A stretch of DNA of 63,862 nucleotides, counting the filler, from Octopus bimaculoides (lineage: Eukaryota): assembly GCF_001194135.2 (NCBI RefSeq). It is 6 parts of 6 records of this genome, joined end to end, with 100 filler letters (N's around TTAATTAATTAA, not from the genome) between each part and the next. Parts side by side here need not be neighbours in the genome. Positions count along the whole stretch, not along the records: positions 1 to 24,380 come from NC_069002.1; 5 more parts are not named here. One strand, given 5' to 3'. The notes under the pieces were generated by a model that did no database searches, had not been told where the DNA came from, and was given only the letters and a program-made list of their open reading frames with translations. Position 1 is the stretch's first letter, and each line of letters starts with the position of its first letter. Shown here piece after piece: positions 1 through 11,418 of the stretch. The position numbers and the translations under genes are program-made.

Positions 1-45
1 TGTGTGTGTGTGTGTGTGTGTGTGTGTGTCTGTGTGTCTGTCTGT
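1..45. repeat. (TG)n microsatellite
   Basis: Direct TG dinucleotide run at the window start. Confidence 0.95.
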
Positions 46-694
46 GTTTTGAAATTCAAAAGATGTATAGCGGCTAGAAATACATGTCGTTTTATTACAG
101 TCACCTTCATTTTGTTTTCCTATTTTTGTTATGCTAGTCACATGATGTATTTGAATACAAATGAAATAGATTTAAAACATAATATCTTGTCTTCAGAGAT
201 GAATGTCTCGCGCTCATGAATTGGATATTACGGAAGTACACTCGGGTAAGATATATCACAAAAGTGTAACTTGGAATGGCTATTAATTCATAATGTAGTT
301 TTTGTCTGTTCGGCAACTCTTTGTCATTTATGTCTAGAATTAATGCTACTCATATGTCAGAGATAACATTATTTCATGTGCCTCCAACGAATCACATATT
401 CATATCGCAGATATGTTCTGTATTAATGTGACACCTTTACGGCTGGGAAAAAATTCGAAAACAGTAAATACTTTATAGGCAAGGGATATGAAAATTAATG
501 GCAGTTTCAAGATGTCAAAGTTCCAATAAATATTTACTCAAATGATTCACAAATGGATTATTTAGAATCGATTCACGTCGAAATCCACACAATCCACATA
601 CTTACATGCAACCCCATGTACACACAAGCATACACATATATACAATCGCGTATACATATTGTTTTATATATTATGTGTGTACGTATACATGTTG

Positions 695-729
<35 letters not shown>

Positions 730-1486
730 AAACAAGAGTGAAAAAACTACAGAAGGCTTGTGTTACGTGGTTAAAGTATATATTTAAATTATGTCAGGAA
801 AATGTTATAAAATGTTTTTGGGTATATAAACATTNNNNNNNNNNNNNNNNNNNNNNNNNNNNNNNNNNNNNNNNNNNNNNNNNNNNNNNNNNNNNNNNNN
901 NNNNNNNNNNNNNNNNNNNNNNNNNNNNNNNNNNNNNNNNNNNNNNNNNNNNNNNNNNNNNNNNNNNNNNNNNNNNNNNNNNNNNNNNNNNNNNNNNNNN
1001 NNNNNNNNNNNNNNNNNNNNNNNNNNNNNNNNNNNNNNNNNNNNNNNNNNNNNNNNNNNNNNNNNNNNNNNNNNNNNNNNNNNNNNNNNNNNNNNNNNNN
1101 NNNNNNNNNNNNNNNNNNNNNNNNNNNNNNNNNNNNNNNNNNNNNNNNNNNNNNNNNNNNNNNNNNNNNNNNNNNNNNNNNNNNNNNNNNNNNNNNNNNN
1201 NNNNNNNNNNNNNNNNNNNNNNNNNNNNNNNNNNNNNNNNNNNNNNNNNNNNNNNNNNNNNNNNNNNNNNNNNNNNNNNNNNNNNNNNNNNNNNNNNNNN
1301 NNNNNNNNNNNNNNNNNNNNNNNNNNNNNNNNNNNNNNNNNNNNNNNNNNNNNNNNNNNNNNNNNNNNNNNNNNNNNNNNNNNNNNNNNNNNNNNNNNNN
1401 NNNNNNNNNNNNNNNNNNNNNNNNNNNNNNNNNNNNNNNNNNNNNNNNNNNNNNNNNNNNNNNNNNNNNNNNNNNNNNNNNNNNNN

Positions 1487-1524
<38 letters not shown>

Positions 1525-1763
1525 CGTTCCTTGTCGATGGTCCGGGGTAAGATTACTAAGTATACATTTGAGTTTTATGGTAAATTTAAACTGATTCGCC
1601 CTGTAGGCTTAAATAAGTTATACATCAATACACACGCAGAGACTTGTACATACGCATTTATATATAAATACATATAAGTATTGCAAATTTTAGAGGTAAT
1701 ACTTGATAAGTGTAAGCACCTGTATATGTCTGATAGTGGCCGAGGTGAAAGAATATATTAAAA

Positions 1764-1897
1764 CGTAAAATGAAAACAGAACACAAAGGATTCCGCAGTA
1801 CACATGTGCATATATCTATATCTATATCTATTCCGCGGTACACGTCTATTTATACACGTGTACCGCGGAATCCTTTGTGTTCTGTTTTCATTTTACG
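1764..1897. mobile_element. Small palindromic MITE-like element, ~44-bp arms
   Basis: CGTAAAATGAAAACAGAACACAAAGGATTCCGCAGTACACATG (1764-1807) is the near-perfect reverse complement of 1854-1897; TA-rich flanks. Confidence 0.6.
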
Positions 1898-1930
1898 GTT
1901 ATATATATATATATAAATACATATACGTAT

Positions 1931-2095
1931 GCAGGAGTGGCTATATGGTAAGTAGCTTACTTACCAACCACATGGTTCAAGGTTCAGTCCAACTGCGTGG
2001 AACTTTGGGCAAGCGACTTCTAATATACCCTCGGGCCGACCAAAGTCTTGTAAGTGGATTTAGTAGACGGAAACTAAAGGAAGCCCATCATATAT
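1931..2095 (+). mobile_element. tRNA-derived SINE family A, 5' half
   Basis: AGGAGTGGCTATATGGTAAG (A-box-like) and GGTTCAGTCC (B-box-like); same sequence recurs at 24481, 52668 and (minus) 39966; runs into (TA)n and a gap. Confidence 0.85.
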
Positions 2096-2522
2096 ATATA
2101 TATATATANNNNNNNNNNNNNNNNNNNNNNNNNNNNNNNNNNNNNNNNNNNNNNNNNNNNNNNNNNNNNNNNNNNNNNNNNNNNNNNNNNNNNNNNNNNN
2201 NNNNNNNNNNNNNNNNNNNNNNNNNNNNNNNNNNNNNNNNNNNNNNNNNNNNNNNNNNNNNNNNNNNNNNNNNNNNNNNNNNNNNNNNNNNNNNNNNNNN
2301 NNNNNNNNNNNNNNNNNNNNNNNNNNNNNNNNNNNNNNNNNNNNNNNNNNNNNNNNNNNNNNNNNNNNNNNNNNNNNNNNNNNNNNNNNNNNNNNNNNNN
2401 NNNNNNNNNNNNNNNNNNNNNNNNNNNNNNNNNNNNNNNNNNNNNNNNNNNNNNNNNNNNNNNNNNNNNNNNNNNNNNNNNNNNNNNNNNNNNNNNNNNN
2501 NNNNNNNNNNNNNNNNNNNNNN

Positions 2523-3520
2523 CATTTGACGGATATTTGACCTCTTCTTGTTTGTTATTAACACAACCTTTCGGCTGATCTACCCTTCCGCTTTCATCAG
2601 GTGTCTTGGGGAAATTCCGAACCTGGATACTTATTCCTGAGGTATTATTCGTTGTCGCCGTCGTTGTTGTTGTTGTTGTTGATAATTGTAGGGCTTATAA
2701 ATCTAATATTTTCTTATCCTTCCTTAATACCGGTTTCCGTATGCTATTCATATCTGCACTCGGTCTGCTTAGGAGGTTGTTGTGTCCTAACATATGTGCT
2801 GCTGGTTTTAGTTTTTGTATTTTCCAGTGGTGTTCTTCATTTTAACTTCATTCTACAGGGAGAGGTGGTCTCCATGTTTCCATACATGATCAGCTATACC
2901 CGATTTATCAATATCTCTCCGCGTGTCACAGCTTTGCGATGTTCGTCTACACTTATCTAGAGAGGGTGACATGCTTCGCCTTTGTATAACCTACCACATC
3001 TACATGGGATGGAGTACACGCAGTTCTTAGTCAGGTTCTGTTCTATTGGTGGTTTTACTCGAAGGAGATATTTGCGAGGTGTTGTATAACACCTAAATAC
3101 TGTCCTGAGGCCATACGGGCCGCATATGTTTTGTATCTTTTCGGAGAGGCTTTCACATAGTGTAGACAGACTGCGGACTGTTTATTGGTTTCATCCACTC
3201 TTTTCTTCATAATTGGAATGGATAGTATGATATTTGGGTAGTTGTTGCTCAATAGATTGTTATTGAGTTTGATCATTTCTTCGTGGTGGGTATCACGATC
3301 GCATGTTTTATTCTTTGCTCGATGATTTAGGCACTAAGCAATCCCTCCCTTTACATTGTATGGATGGTGGGAATTGAAGTTTAGGTATCGTCCAGTGAAG
3401 GTCGGCTTGCGGTATACGGATGTCCTGAATCTATATTTGGTGCGTGTTTTTAATATGTCCAGGAATGCTAGCTTATTTGGGTTTTGTTTTTTTAATAACA
3501 CTCCGTTCCAGATTTCAGGT
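2523..3520 (-). mobile_element. Penelope-like element 3' part: RT C-terminus, GIY-YIG endonuclease and pLTR (pseudogenised)
   Basis: Minus-strand translation across stops/frameshifts gives LAFLDILK..FRTSVYRKPTFTGRYLNFNSHHP (PLE RT end) then NCVYSIPCRCGRLYKGE..EHRKA..SGIADHVW (GIY-YIG). Confidence 0.88.
2560..2605 (-). ncRNA. Decayed minimal type I hammerhead ribozyme motif in PLE pLTR
   Basis: Minus strand GACAC-CTGATGA-A-AGCGG..CAGCC-GAAA-G-GTT-GTGTT: helix I GACAC/GTGTT and intact CUGAUGA and GAAA; helix II and III carry mismatches. Confidence 0.6.
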
Positions 3521-3900
3521 AGCCTCGTGGCTCATGTGAGTTCATAAGGATTATATATATTTCTGCCATACACAATTTACATAGTCTTGTTCAATTGCGA
3601 TAGATTCCACAAGTTTCCAATAATTTCCATCTGATGTTAAAGGGCATATGATCGTCCTTTAGGCGTCATACATTTGCTGCGAGTGTCGTTCTGTTGTGTC
3701 TCTCCGGAACCCTGAAAGAAGACCTGTGGTTGTTCAGGCGCATTTTAAATTTGGATTCACAAGATCCGATATAATTTTTATTGTGTGTCCCTGGGTTGGC
3801 TTTGATGTTACTGATATTTCTGCTACTTCTGTTTGAGACTACTTTTGCTTGGTACACTGTAGCCTCGGTGTTACATCGACCGTCCACTGGGCATTCATTT
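3521..3900 (-). mobile_element. GIY-YIG fragment of a second PLE family
   Basis: ORF 3666-3887: CNTEATVYQAKV..NYIGSCESKFKMRLNNHRSSF, continuing RLKDDHMPFNIRWKLL..LCKLCMAE. Confidence 0.82.
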
Positions 3901-3934
3901 CTAGTCCTGCATGAATATATATATATATATATTC

Positions 3935-4075
3935 TTTCTAAGCATAGTACTTATTCTATCTGTTTGTTTTGCCGAACCGCTAATTTACGGGGCCGTAAAC
4001 ACACCAACATCGGTTGTCAAGCGATAGTGGTGGGGCAAACATAGACACACAAGCTCATACACTGATACATATATA
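3935..4075 (-). mobile_element. SINE family A, 3' half
   Basis: TAGTACTTATTCTATC..TTTTGCCGAACCGCTAA..GTAAACACACCAAC matches 40066-40140 and the reverse complement of 49330-49420. Confidence 0.8.
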
Positions 4076-4081
4076 TGTGTG

Positions 4082-4114
<33 letters not shown>

Positions 4115-4775
4115 NNNNNNNNNNNNNNNNNNNNNNNNNNNNNNNNNNNNNNNNNNNNNNNNNNNNNNNNNNNNNNNNNNNNNNNNNNNNNNNNNNNNNN
4201 NNNNNNNNNNNNNNNNNNNNNNNNNNNNNNNNNNNNNNNNNNNNNNNNNNNNNNNNNNNNNNNNNNNNNNNNNNNNNNNNNNNNNNNNNNNNNNNNNNNN
4301 NNNNNNNNNNNNNNNNNNNNNNNNNNNNNNNNNNNNNNNNNNNNNNNNNNNNNNNNNNNNNNNNNNNNNNNNNNNNNNNNNNNNNNNNNNNNNNNNNNNN
4401 NNNNNNNNNNNNNNNNNNNNNNNNNNNNNNNNNNNNNNNNNNNNNNNNNNNNNNNNNNNNNNNNNNNNNNNNNNNNNNNNNNNNNNNNNNNNNNNNNNNN
4501 NNNNNNNNNNNNNNNNNNNNNNNNNNNNNNNNNNNNNNNNNNNNNNNNNNNNNNNNNNNNNNNNNNNNNNNNNNNNNNNNNNNNNNNNNNNNNNNNNNNN
4601 NNNNNNNNNNNNNNNNNNNNNNNNNNNNNNNNNNNNNNNNNNNNNNNNNNNNNNNNNNNNNNNNNNNNNNNNNNNNNNNNNNNNNNNNNNNNNNNNNNAA
4701 ATTTGCAATACCTATATGTATTTATATATAAATGCGTATGTACAAGTTTCTGCGTGTGTATTCATGTATAACTTA

Positions 4776-6990
4776 TTTATCCGTGGAAAGAAAAACCTAC
4801 GAAAAGACCTCGGTAACCTCGGGCATTAACGTCACTAATTGAAAAAAATTATTTACGAAATTAACGTAAGTAACGCTCTGATTAAAAAGAAACGGAACAG
4901 AAAATTACTTACCGTTCGAAAGTTCAGTTGTTCTTTCCTTTGAATTTTCGTTAATGAGGCTGTCGTAAAGTTTTTGGGCTAAATATTTTTGGCATCCCCC
5001 TACCGCATTGGGGTAGAGGGATTTTAAAGTGTGGTGTAATGTTAGCGTGATGTGATATATTTTCATCTGATTAGGTGGCGTCGTGTTTTGATGTTGTTTT
5101 CTGTCATGTTTGTTTTTGTACTTATGTAGTTCATTAATTCTGTGTTTGTAGTGTCTATTGCTGTGAGCATGTTTGTTGTATGTGTTTTTGTGGTGTTGAT
5201 GTTGTTTGTGGTATATTTGGAGACGATGTTTTCGGGAGATGCACATCTCCCTGCTTTGCTGGTGTTTGCATTTAGTCTGGTTCTTTTTATACTTCTTTTT
5301 CCTCCTTCCTTTTCTGGCTATTTTCCACTCACAACATTCCTCCTTAGACGAGTCTTCTGAGGAATCGGAAGGGGGTAAGGGCATGTCGTGTGCTTGTGTG
5401 TTTGTTTGTTGAAGTGGGTGTGTTGTTGATGGTTGTTGATTATCTGCTTGTGGTGTATGTGCTGTGGGAGAAGGGGAATTAGTTTTTGTAGTGTCTTTTG
5501 CTTTACTGTTTCCTTAGCTCTTGTAGTTGTTGTCTGTGGTTTTTCGGGTACATTTGTTGGTGTAGGCGGGTTTGGTTTGTGGGATTCTTGTCTTGCTCCT
5601 TTTGCTCGTTCTTTGTGTTGGTGGTGGTGTGGGTAGTTGGAATCCTTGTTTGGCTGTTTTTCCTTCTTGTGGTTGTTTGTTATCATTTGCTGTTGGGCAA
5701 TCTTTTTTGAGGTGCCCTTCGATGCCACACAGGTAGCATCGAGGTTTTCTACCTTCTACCACAACGTAGGGGGTGTGGCCGTCTGGCAGCTCAATTTGAG
5801 TTGGAATTTCTTGCATTTCTTCATGTGTAATTTGTAACAGGGCATCGAAGTTTTTTCCATTCCAGTTTTCCTGCTTTAATGCAGTAGTCTCCAGAATGTT
5901 TATATTTCCCTCCATGTGATAACAAATAACTGATAACAGCCATTGCGGTTCCACTTCTGGAGGGACATTTTTTATCGATACTCTGTTTACCCATTGTGGA
6001 AAGTACGTGAGGACCAATATTATATTTTAGGAACGAAGAGTTAGCGTGGACAACTCTTTCGCTTTCTCTTCGCTGTTAAAACGAATTTGTATGGAGGCTA
6101 AACTGTTCCCCTAGTTTATGTAGGTCTTCAGGGCCAATATGGGATACAAACATTTTTCAATAATTTCTGTTACTGGTTGGTCTGGTTTTCGTGCTTTTGT
6201 GTTCAACATTTTGTATATGATGGATTTTTTGTACATAATGAATGATTTTTTCAGGTATTTTTAATTTCAGTTTTGGTCCTTGTTGGATTAATAGTTTTTT
6301 TGTTTCTTGTATTTCTTTTGTTGTGAAGCGCAAGATTGTTTTGTTTTTGTCTGAGTGCATCAGCAAATTTTTTTTTTTTGTCGTCGCTGGTGATGGTGGT
6401 GTCGGTAGCTATGGAGATTGCTGTAGTAGCAGAGACTTTGGTTGCGGTTGGTCTTGATGCACTGTTGTTGTTGTTGTTGTTGATGTTGGTGTTGCCGGTG
6501 GTGATCGTAGCAGACGTAGCTTTCATATTCGGGAGGGGGGGGGTGAGAGGGCTGTCAACATGTGTGGTTGCTGTTTTCATGACATTCTTAAAAATTTCTT
6601 TTTGTGTGCGCGTGCNNNNNNNNNNTTTCATATTCGGGAGGGGGGGGGTGAGAGGGCTGTCAACATGTGTGGTTGCTGTTTTCATGACATTCTTAAAAAT
6701 TTCTTTTTGTGTGCGCGTGCAGTTTTCGTTCTTTTTCTTATCTAGCGTTCCAAGGCTAGGGAAATGATGTTCGAAGAACGAACTCGAACAGCGTTCCAAT
6801 ACAACGTTTCTCGACATTTCTCAAATGCCGAGAAAAAATGTTATATTTTGATGGGGCTGGAACTGCCCCTAGGGTCCAATTCCTCCCTTCGAAAAATACA
6901 CAAATGAAGCTTGGGTGCTTCGCACAGATTATGTGAAAAGATTTTAAAACAAAGGTGGGCAATAAAAGGTTAAATAAAGGTTTACCTCTG
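4776..6990 (-). mobile_element. L1/Tx1-type non-LTR element: frameshifted ORF1 (gag-like, CCHC knuckle); no ORF2 seen
   Basis: ORF 5514-6017 contains CYLCGIEGHLKKDC (CX2CX4HX4C, 5697-5738) after an RRM-like stretch (RVSIKNVPPEVEPQWL); collinear low-complexity ORF pieces span ~6579 to 4905. Confidence 0.75.
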
Positions 6991-7017
6991 CAGCCGATGT
7001 GACAGCACGTCCGTCAG

Positions 7018-7020
7018 TAG

Positions 7021-7059
<39 letters not shown>

Positions 7060-7085
7060 GAGATAGAGAGATAGATAGATAGATA
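7018..7085. repeat. (GATA)n microsatellite
   Basis: Direct tetranucleotide run. Confidence 0.95.
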
Positions 7086-7569
7086 AGCATGCAAATGATG
7101 ATTCTATATTTGTACGACTTTTATTAAATTTTGATGGCGGATAAGTGTCGTGAACTGCGCTGCTCTCCCTGACCAATTTCTTTATCGCGCTCTCTTCATA
7201 AAGAAACGATGCAATTATGTATCCGGCAACGGCTAAATATTTCATCTCAGCTTTATTCCATTTATTTTAGACACGTTATTTTTCTTATTTATTTGGAATA
7301 GTACGTATATATTTTTTTATTATCTCGTCTGCTTGAAGATCTGCGCTCTGCATAGATATGTGTGCTAAGATATTCGTATATGTATTTGTGAACGTATGTG
7401 TGCGTATTTTTACATAAGGAAGAGACCTACTGAAGATAGAATAGGAAGGAAAACGAGAACTAACGTACGAAATGTAGACAAAGAAGTGGGAACACATAAG
7501 ACATTACAAGTAATATTGAAATTGTGCGTGTGTGCTCACACACCCGCACATCGGCAACATTCATTTATT

Positions 7570-7605
7570 TTCTTGAAAATGGGGTCATCACCCCGAAATA
7601 TTGGA
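7570..7605 (+). ncRNA. Minimal type I hammerhead-like motif, U3-A8 core variant (left arm)
   Basis: TTC-TTGAAAA-T-GGGGT-CATC-ACCCC-GAAA-T-ATT-GGA: 5-bp helix II, palindromic ATAT helix III, 3-bp helix I. Confidence 0.5.
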
Positions 7606-7831
7606 TACAAGGTAAGTCTACAATAATTCACATATTTTTTGCTTGTGATTTAACTTGCATATACTTGCCATTGTTTTGGCCTTACCTACGATCTTTTATA
7701 CAATATATTCTACACAATGCTTCATAGTAATTATTGTATAAAAGATCGTAGGTAAGGCCAAAACAATGGCAAGTATATGCAAGTTAAATCACAAGAAAAA
7801 AATATGTGAATTATTATAGACTTACCTTGTA

Positions 7832-7867
7832 TTCAATATTTCGGGGTGATGACCCCATTTTCAAGAA
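7832..7867 (-). ncRNA. Minimal type I hammerhead-like motif, U3-A8 core variant (right arm)
   Basis: Minus strand TTC-TTGAAAA-T-GGGGT-CATC-ACCCC-GAAA-T-ATT-GAA; helix I TTC/GAA is Watson-Crick. Confidence 0.5.
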
Positions 7868-10557
7868 AATAAATGAATGTTGCCGATGTGCGGGTGTGTG
7901 AGCACACACGCACAATTTCAATATATATATATATATATATATATATANNNNNNNNNNNNNNNNNNNNNNNNNNNNNNNNNNNNNNNNNNNNNNNNNNNNN
8001 NNNNNNNNNNNNNNNNNNNNNNNNNNNNNNNNNNNNNNNNNNNNNNNNNNNNNNNNNNNNNNNNNNNNNNNNNNNNNNNNNNNNNNNNNNNNNNNNNNNN
8101 NNNNNNNNNNNNNNNNNNNNNNNNNNNNNNNNNNNNNNNNNNNNNNNNNNNNNNNNNNNNNNNNNNNNNNNNNNNNNNNNNNNNNNNNNNNNNNNNNNNN
8201 NNNNNNNNNNNNNNNNNNNNNNNNNNNNNNNNNNNNNNNNNNNNNNNNNNNNNNNNNNNNNNNNNNNNNNNNNNNNNNNNNNNNNNNNNNNNNNNNNNNN
8301 NNNNNNNNNNNNNNNNNNNNNNNNNNNNNNNNNNNNNNNNNNNNNNNNNNNNNNNNNNNNNNNNNNNNNNNNNNNNNNNNNNNNNNNNNNNNNNNNNNNN
8401 NNNNNNNNNNNNNNNNNNNNNNNNNNNNNNNNNNNNNNNNNNNNNNNNNNNNNNNNNNNNNNNNNNNNNNNNNNNNNNNNNNNNNNNNNNNNNNNNNNNN
8501 NNNNNNNNNNNNNNNNNNNNNNNNNNNNNNNNNNNNNNNNNNNNNNNNNNNNNNNNNNNNNNNNNNNNNNNNNNNNNNNNNNNNNNNNNNNNNNNNNNNN
8601 NNNNNNNNNNNNNNNNNNNNNNNNNNNNNNNNNNNNNNNNNNNNNNNNNNNNNNNNNNNNNNNNNNNNNNNNNNNNNNNNNNNNNNNNNNNNNNNNNNNN
8701 NNNNNNNNNNNNNNNNNNNNNNNNNNNNNNNNNNNNNNNNNNNNNNNNNNNNNNNNNNNNNNNNNNNNNNNNNNNNNNNNNNNNNNNNNNNNNNNNNNNN
8801 NNNNNNTATATATATATACATACATACATGTATACGTATATAATTATACAAGCAGGAAGACAATTAACTGCGAATCATAATCAGTGTCATTGTGTAGGCA
8901 CACGGTGTTTATCTGCGCGATTTTCACTGAGGAGTTGTCACAATGGAAGAAATTAACATATAATATAATTGGTATTTCCAAGAAAGAATTTTAAAGAATA
9001 TTCCATCTGTAGTGTAATTTAAGCGTTAATGAGATATTAATGACTGGCTGTTATGCACAGGTAATGTGCGAAAATCATATGGTCTACAACGGAAGGTATA
9101 TCCAACGTTTACAAAACAAGTGCAATGTATCTGTAAGATAGATCAGTACACAGGTCCATGTTTATCATGAGCACAGGCCCATGGATATCATGAAGAGAAC
9201 GCGGGAAGCGAAATTGGAAAAATGATGAGTAGGGAAGACGGTAAGTACAGGGTTGGAATTATTTCCAGTGATCTAGCAAATCCGTTGTCAAACGTAGAGG
9301 TTTGCCGTTAAGTATGGGGTCATATCTTAAGATTCATTCATTTGACCGTGGCATGAAGACACCAGTACACATTTTTGTACTACATCTTGTATTCATATTT
9401 GGTTGTGTAAGTATGTCGAACTTTCCCTATTGGGAAAAGGGGACATTTGAAATGATTTATAAAACATTGTATTTGAAGATACCTTTAACTTTTACTGTGC
9501 AGAAAAAAAGAAGAAATCCTACACCTTCCTTTATAAAGAAAAATAATTATAATTAATGCATTAGTGTTATAGGTACAATACATTAATGCCCTTTTTCTAT
9601 GATTATTTTCCAATGTAAAAGGAAACATTAGCAATAAAATATAAAACCGATCGCAACACAACAAACATGTACTGTATATGGTAGAGAGAAGAATGCACTA
9701 TATTGTTGTATAGTTAGGCCCTATAACAAATAAGGTTTTACCTAAAGATCTTTAAAACGATACGCCAATGTAGAATAACGTGAGGAAGTTAGAATCCATT
9801 GTATCCGGGCTGTGGATTATAGTTTATATGCATTATCATTGATATATTTAGGAATATATATTTCAACTATTTTGCAGAAATGGAATGGAAATGCTACCGT
9901 TTCCAGGAAGGAACGAAATAAATCGTATTCTGCAAAAGCCAATCGATTTGTTCCACACTGGATGCTTATAAACCATTTCCAAGTTTTCCATTTGTGTACC
10001 GTTCAAAGAATAAAGCTATATATGCATTCACATGTACTTAGACGTTAATCGCACACACATAAACACACAAAACATGCACCCACAAGTACATTTACACTCC
10101 AAAGATCAGTGCAAAAGCATTCATGTATATAGGTCTATTTAGATGTAACGCTAATTTCATTGCGTATTCTCAAATTCCTAGAATTAACTTAATTCACACG
10201 AAAGTCCTGTCCTTGTGTTGGAGACTCGTTTGATTTTTGCAAAGGACTTAATTGTCTCTCAAAGGAAACTTTACCTTATATCAATCCATATACAACACTC
10301 ACACGTACCCACACATACACGTTCACATTTATATACACATTAACATACATGCTAACGTACACGCATGCATAAAATTATCTGAAAAATCATAGACACAATC
10401 ATAGCTATATATATATACATATGTAAATACACACACACACACACACTCACAAACACACGCACAATCACACACACTCATAAACACAGCCGCGCACATATAA
10501 TTCAATTTCGTATATTTGTGTTTTGTAGTATTGTTTGGCGATCATTTACTTCTTAGT

Positions 10558-10620
10558 TGGTCGGTCGGTCGGTCGGTCGGTGGTTGTCTGGCTGGTTGGC
10601 TGTTTGGTCGGTTGGTTTGT
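10558..10620. repeat. (GGTC)n/(GGTT)n degenerate tetranucleotide repeat
   Basis: GGTCGGTCGGTCGGTCGGTC followed by GGTT/GGCT variants. Confidence 0.85.
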
Positions 10621-10817
10621 TTAACGTATCGGACCACATTATTTTACTTGGAAAGCATTATGAAATAAAACCTAATCTTCTTTGAATTATAGCGATATTT
10701 CTATGGCATGTTGGTAAAGAGATTACGGATGTGTGCGTGTGTGAGTCTGTGTATGTGCGTACGTACACACGCACACACATGTATGTAACCCCCAACGCCC
10801 AACCCCACATATATATG

Positions 10818-10861
<44 letters not shown>

Positions 10862-11418
10862 GTATTTATGTATACATACATATATATAATATGTATGTAT
10901 GTTTGTATATACATATGTATACATACACATTTATTTATGTCGAAATAAAATCAGTTGTCAAAGTGTTATATGTAGATTTTCTGTTTATCATTTCATGCTT
11001 GCGCAAAAAGGTGTGTTGGCTGAATAGTTAACACACAGGACAACATTGCTTAGCAACATTTCGTTCATTTTCTGGGTTCAAACTCCGAGAAGGTCGACTT
11101 TCATCAACGAAATAACAACTAGTTGACCACTATAGTCGAAGCATCCACTAGCCTCTTCGTTACAAATTTCAGGCCTTATCCCAGAATGAAAGAATTATTT
11201 CATGAATGCATTGATGCTTTCATCTATGAGATTCATTTTTAGTTGTGTATATATCTTGTCGATAAATGTCCGACCAACTAGGTATATTCAGCCTATTTAT
11301 CAATCGAAAATGTCAGTATGAGAAATATAAATTAAAATAACCGAACGTTTGTTATTAGTGACAAAATGAATAAAAGTCATTTAACTAACAAATTCCTTTG
11401 TTGCCCATACGACATGTA

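Larger units (their letters stand above)
7513..7924. mobile_element. Near-perfect palindrome (193-bp arms, 26-bp spacer), probably two inverted PLE pLTRs
   Basis: 7513-7705 is the reverse complement of 7732-7924 with about 3 mismatches by eye; each arm holds a hammerhead-like fold; right end abuts (TA)n. Confidence 0.8.

Noticed and set aside
6521-6720. Exact 95-bp tandem duplication inside ORF1
   Set aside because: The copies flank a 10-N gap: unmerged overlapping contig ends.
7560-7620. Apparent exon ending CAAG|GTAAGT
   Set aside because: Lies in one arm of the palindrome and is mirrored in the other; no acceptor or recognisable peptide.
606-8956. Long ORFs containing X runs (e.g. 606-1550, 4014-4829, 7814-8956; likewise 13762-14647, 31808-32209, 51252-51734)
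   Set aside because: They exist only because Ns contain no stop codons.
9178-9246. Possible exon ending GACG|GTAAGT
   Set aside because: No polypyrimidine acceptor, upstream in-frame stop, no homology recognised.
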